42,570 bases of DNA from a virus. Lineage: Duplodnaviria; Caudoviricetes. Shown piece by piece: positions 42,531 to 42,570 of the stretch. A program made the translations under genes and the position numbers. A model generated the notes under the pieces. The model was not told the DNA's origin and ran no database searches. It saw nothing but the letters and a program-made list of their open reading frames with translations. The stretch covers positions 1 through 42,570 of IMG/VR virus record IMGVR_UViG_3300032233_002213. One strand, 5' to 3'. Numbering within the stretch: position 1 is the first letter of the stretch; every line of letters starts with the position of its first letter.

Positions 42531-42570
42531 GGGTCCTTCTGGGCAGATATAAGTGCCGCACACAGTTGAG
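42531..42570 (+). other. Putative cos site (cosQ GGGTCCT plus cosN region continuing into base 1)
   Basis: GGGTCCT at 42531-42537 matches lambda cosQ and lies upstream (circularly) of terS/terL. Confidence 0.65.

Overview
The window appears to be an essentially complete, circularly permuted ~42.6 kb genome of a lambda-like siphovirus. The likely host is a picocyanobacterium (Synechococcus/Cyanobium), inferred from the cyanobacterial-type Dcd and SSB and a C39-peptidase lysin. Bases 149-23049 (+) form the virion/lysis arm: terS, GpA-type terL, gpW, lambda portal, S49 protease/scaffold, decoration protein, capsid, a duplicated head-closure protein, a fibre, tail terminator, tail tube, a G/GT chaperone pair with a -1 frameshift site, tape measure, tail tip and lysin. 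Bases 22962-34840 (mostly -) carry many small genes plus ASCH, a double-OB SSB, a YqaJ exonuclease, VRR-NUC, an SF2 helicase, dCTP deaminase, a minimal PolX and a Rieske-motif protein. Bases 34998-40962 (+) encode an RHH regulator, a Zn-ribbon/DUF3987 replication protein and small genes behind two near-identical promoters. A symmetric, GATC-rich iteron-like array lies at ~41300-41840, followed by a gpZ-like gene. A lambda cosQ-like motif at the right end keeps exact lambda spacing across the window junction. No integrase, CI-like repressor, tRNA or CRISPR array was recognised. All assignments come from motif recognition by eye; no searches were run.
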